NCBI GenBank assembly: GCA_963803435.1
Contig: CAWDML010000003.1
Span: 128,001 to 192,000 of the forward strand
Direction of reading: 5' to 3'
Length of the DNA stretch: 64,000 bases
Origin: an uncultured delta proteobacterium
GTDB taxonomy: Bacteria; Myxococcota; Kuafuiibacteriia; Kuafuiibacteriales; Kuafuiibacteriaceae
The notes under the pieces are model-generated. The model saw only the letters and a list, made by a program, of their open reading frames with translations. It searched no databases and was not told where the DNA came from. A program made the translations under genes and the position numbers. This document shows, piece by piece, positions 62,016 through 64,000 of this stretch (position 1 is its first letter; each line of letters opens with the position of its first letter).

Positions 62016-62861
62016 TCAGTGCTTCGGGAGCGCCTTGAGCACCGCGCGCCCGCTCCGGATCACGACCTTGAACTCGACGGCCTTGGCGCCCGTGTCCTTG
62101 AGGAGCTTCGGCACCTGCTTGCGCAAGGCCGCCGCCATGTCTTCGTAGCGCAGGTCGACCTTCTCGCCGCAGCGCTTCCGGGCGCTCACGTACGTCTGAT
62201 AGAGCCGCTGTAGCTTGGGCTCGGTGAGATCCTCGGCGGAGCTGGCGCTGGGTCGTCCGACCTCACCCCGCGACGGTGCCTGTCCCCCGGGGCGCTGGCG
62301 GCCGGCGGTGTCCGCGGCCGACTTCCCCGCCTGGAGGGCGGCGCCGGTGATCGCCTGGCCCTGGAGAGAGGGGGCCTTCGCGACGCCGGTCTCCGCGACG
62401 TCGCTCCTCGGGAGCTCGCCCCGATCGGCGGCGCGTCGCTTCTGGGCCTCGAGCTCCTGCTTCTTGATCTCCGCCTCGCGCCGGGCGACCCGCGCCTGAT
62501 CGCGCCGGTAGGTGCCGGCCTCGCGCTGCCGGTTCGTGCGCTCCCAGTAGTTCTCGAGCGAGATCATCCGCGCCTTCAGCTGCTGGATCCGAAACTTCAG
62601 CGCGGTGTTCTTGATGTGCGGCCCGACCAGCTTGCGGATGGTGGCCTTCAAGCCGTCGCGCGTGATGAGCGGCTCCACCTTCTCGATCCCCATGAAGTAC
62701 AGCTCGTACTGGGATCGGAGCTCGTTCATGTCCTTCTCGAGGGTGTCGACGGTCTCGACGATCTCGCGCTCGGACGGTCCCTGGCGGCGCCCCTCGTCGG
62801 GGTCCTGACCGTACCTGCTCCTGCCGCCGAACAGCGCCTTGTCTTTGCTCTTCAGAGCCAC
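62016..62861 (-). CDS. Protein with MXAN_5187-type C-terminal domain
   Basis: YELYFMGIEK..P N-terminal motif; C-terminal LYQTYVSARKRCGE...VEFKVVIRSGRAVLKA. Confidence 0.78.
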   Translation of the reverse strand: MALKSKDKALFGGRSRYGQDPDEGRRQGPSEREIVETVDTLEKDMNELRSQYELYFMGIEKVEPLITRDGLKATIRKLVGPHIKNTALKFRIQQLKARMISLENYWERTNRQREAGTYRRDQARVARREAEIKKQELEAQKRRAADRGELPRSDVAETGVAKAPSLQGQAITGAALQAGKSAADTAGRQRPGGQAPSRGEVGRPSASSAEDLTEPKLQRLYQTYVSARKRCGEKVDLRYEDMAAALRKQVPKLLKDTGAKAVEFKVVIRSGRAVLKALPKH

Positions 62862-62874
62862 CTGAGTAGAAGAT

Positions 62875-63594
62875 ATGAGTAGCAGGATGGCCGGATTCCC
62901 GCCAGCAGCCGTGCTCCTCCTCGCGATCGGGGCCGATCCGGCGCCGCTCCTCCTCGATCCGGAGGGCGCGCTCGCTGCGGCCCGCGAGGACGCGCGTGCC
63001 GCGCCGCTCAGAGCCGCCGAGGCCGACCTCTTGGCGGGCGATGCGGACGCCGCCCTGGCGGACCTCGCCGATGCGGGATCCACGCCGCGGCGGCTCCGCC
63101 TGGAGGCCGACGCCCACGTCGCCCTGCACGACCACGCCGCGGCTGCGCTGCTCGAGGGGCTCGCGCGCCATCCAGGTTGGGCACAGCACGCCCGCCGCCA
63201 GCAGGCCACGATGGCGGCGGCCGACGCGCAGCAGGACAGCGTCCGCCTGGGATCGCTCCTGTTCGCGCTGGCCCTGGGCCTCTTGGTGTTGGCCGGCGCG
63301 CGGGAGCTCTTGGTCGTTCGGATCGAGACCGTGGTCGCAGGGATCGGCGCCGCGGCGATGATGTTGATCCTGGCAGAGCTGTCGAAACCCCTGATGAGCG
63401 TCGGCGGCGTCCTCGCCGTCGCGGGGCTCGCGCTGGTCCACGCCGGTACCGCCGCAGTCCGGCGCACGGCGGCGCCGCCGCGGGTTCGGGCGATGGTCGC
63501 GACGTCGATGGTGCTCGGCTTCTCCGGCGCAGTGTGGGCCGTATTCACCCAGATCAGTCTGGGCGGCGTGTTTGCGCTCCTGGCGACGGCGTGA
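62875..63594 (+). CDS. Hypothetical membrane protein
   Basis: Signal-like N-terminus and four C-terminal hydrophobic segments. Confidence 0.6.
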   Translation: MSSRMAGFPPAAVLLLAIGADPAPLLLDPEGALAAAREDARAAPLRAAEADLLAGDADAALADLADAGSTPRRLRLEADAHVALHDHAAAALLEGLARHPGWAQHARRQQATMAAADAQQDSVRLGSLLFALALGLLVLAGARELLVVRIETVVAGIGAAAMMLILAELSKPLMSVGGVLAVAGLALVHAGTAAVRRTAAPPRVRAMVATSMVLGFSGAVWAVFTQISLGGVFALLATA

Positions 63595-63647
63595 ACGTCC
63601 GGACCGGTTGACCGCCGGGCTCGCGCGGCCTAGGGATGCGGTGCGCT

Positions 63648-64000
63648 ATGCCCCTCGAGTTCAGCGACGAGGACAAGGCGGAGATCGCCCGCATCCGCGC
63701 CAAGTATCCGGAGAGTGCGGCGTCTCTTCTCCCCGTCCTCCACTTTGCCCAGCGCAAGTTCGGGCACCTCTCCACCGAGACCCAGCTCCTGGTGGCCGAG
63801 GCGGTCGACGTGGCGCCGACGCGCGTCCGTGAGGTGGTGACGTTCTACGAGATGTTCCACGAGCATCCGGAGGGCCAGTATCACCTCGAGCTGTGCACCA
63901 ACATCTCGTGTCATCTGCTCGGCGGTGAAGCGCTCCTCGCCCACCTGCACACGCAGCTCGGCTGCGCGGTCGGCCACATGACCGAGGACGGCGTCTTCAG
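63648..64000 (+). CDS. nuoE: NuoE-family [2Fe-2S] subunit (partial, runs off the window)
   Basis: Manual translation: KYP...LLPVLHFAQ...VVTFYEMF...CTNISC; absent from the ORF track because it has no stop in the window. Confidence 0.88.
   Translation, partial: MPLEFSDEDKAEIARIRAKYPESAASLLPVLHFAQRKFGHLSTETQLLVAEAVDVAPTRVREVVTFYEMFHEHPEGQYHLELCTNISCHLLGGEALLAHLHTQLGCAVGHMTEDGVF

Overview
High-GC (roughly 70% by eye) bacterial chromosome segment that looks Myxococcota-like (TPR/PEGA proteins, Ser/Thr kinase and PP2C, two MXAN_5187-type C-terminal domains). It is mostly core and envelope genes: yebC-ruvCAB, lpxC, pabB, an EF-G paralog, recN, secA-nadD, rpsB-tsf, MoxR-DUF58-transglutaminase, nupC, thiD, a TatT-type TRAP transporter and the start of nuoE. 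Five observations stand out. (1) A 1464-bp cassette (16619-18082) is bounded by ~65-bp imperfect inverted arms built partly from hexamer repeats and flanked by a 6-bp direct repeat (AAGTAG); it carries an intact four-helix-bundle (IVP/Avd-like) gene and an internally deleted IS1182 transposase. (2) A 592-bp IS5-derived element has a TTA duplication and unusually long (~75-bp) inverted arms; both elements sit between convergent stop codons. (3) A lipoprotein esterase appears to be a natural circular permutation of the alpha/beta-hydrolase fold. (4) About 11 of ~13 apparent single-base indels are repaired by restoring a GATC, which points to a sequencing artefact caused by DNA modification at GATC rather than real pseudogenes. 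(5) There is a sigma54-type promoter in front of lpxC. All calls come from reading motifs by eye; no database searches were run.
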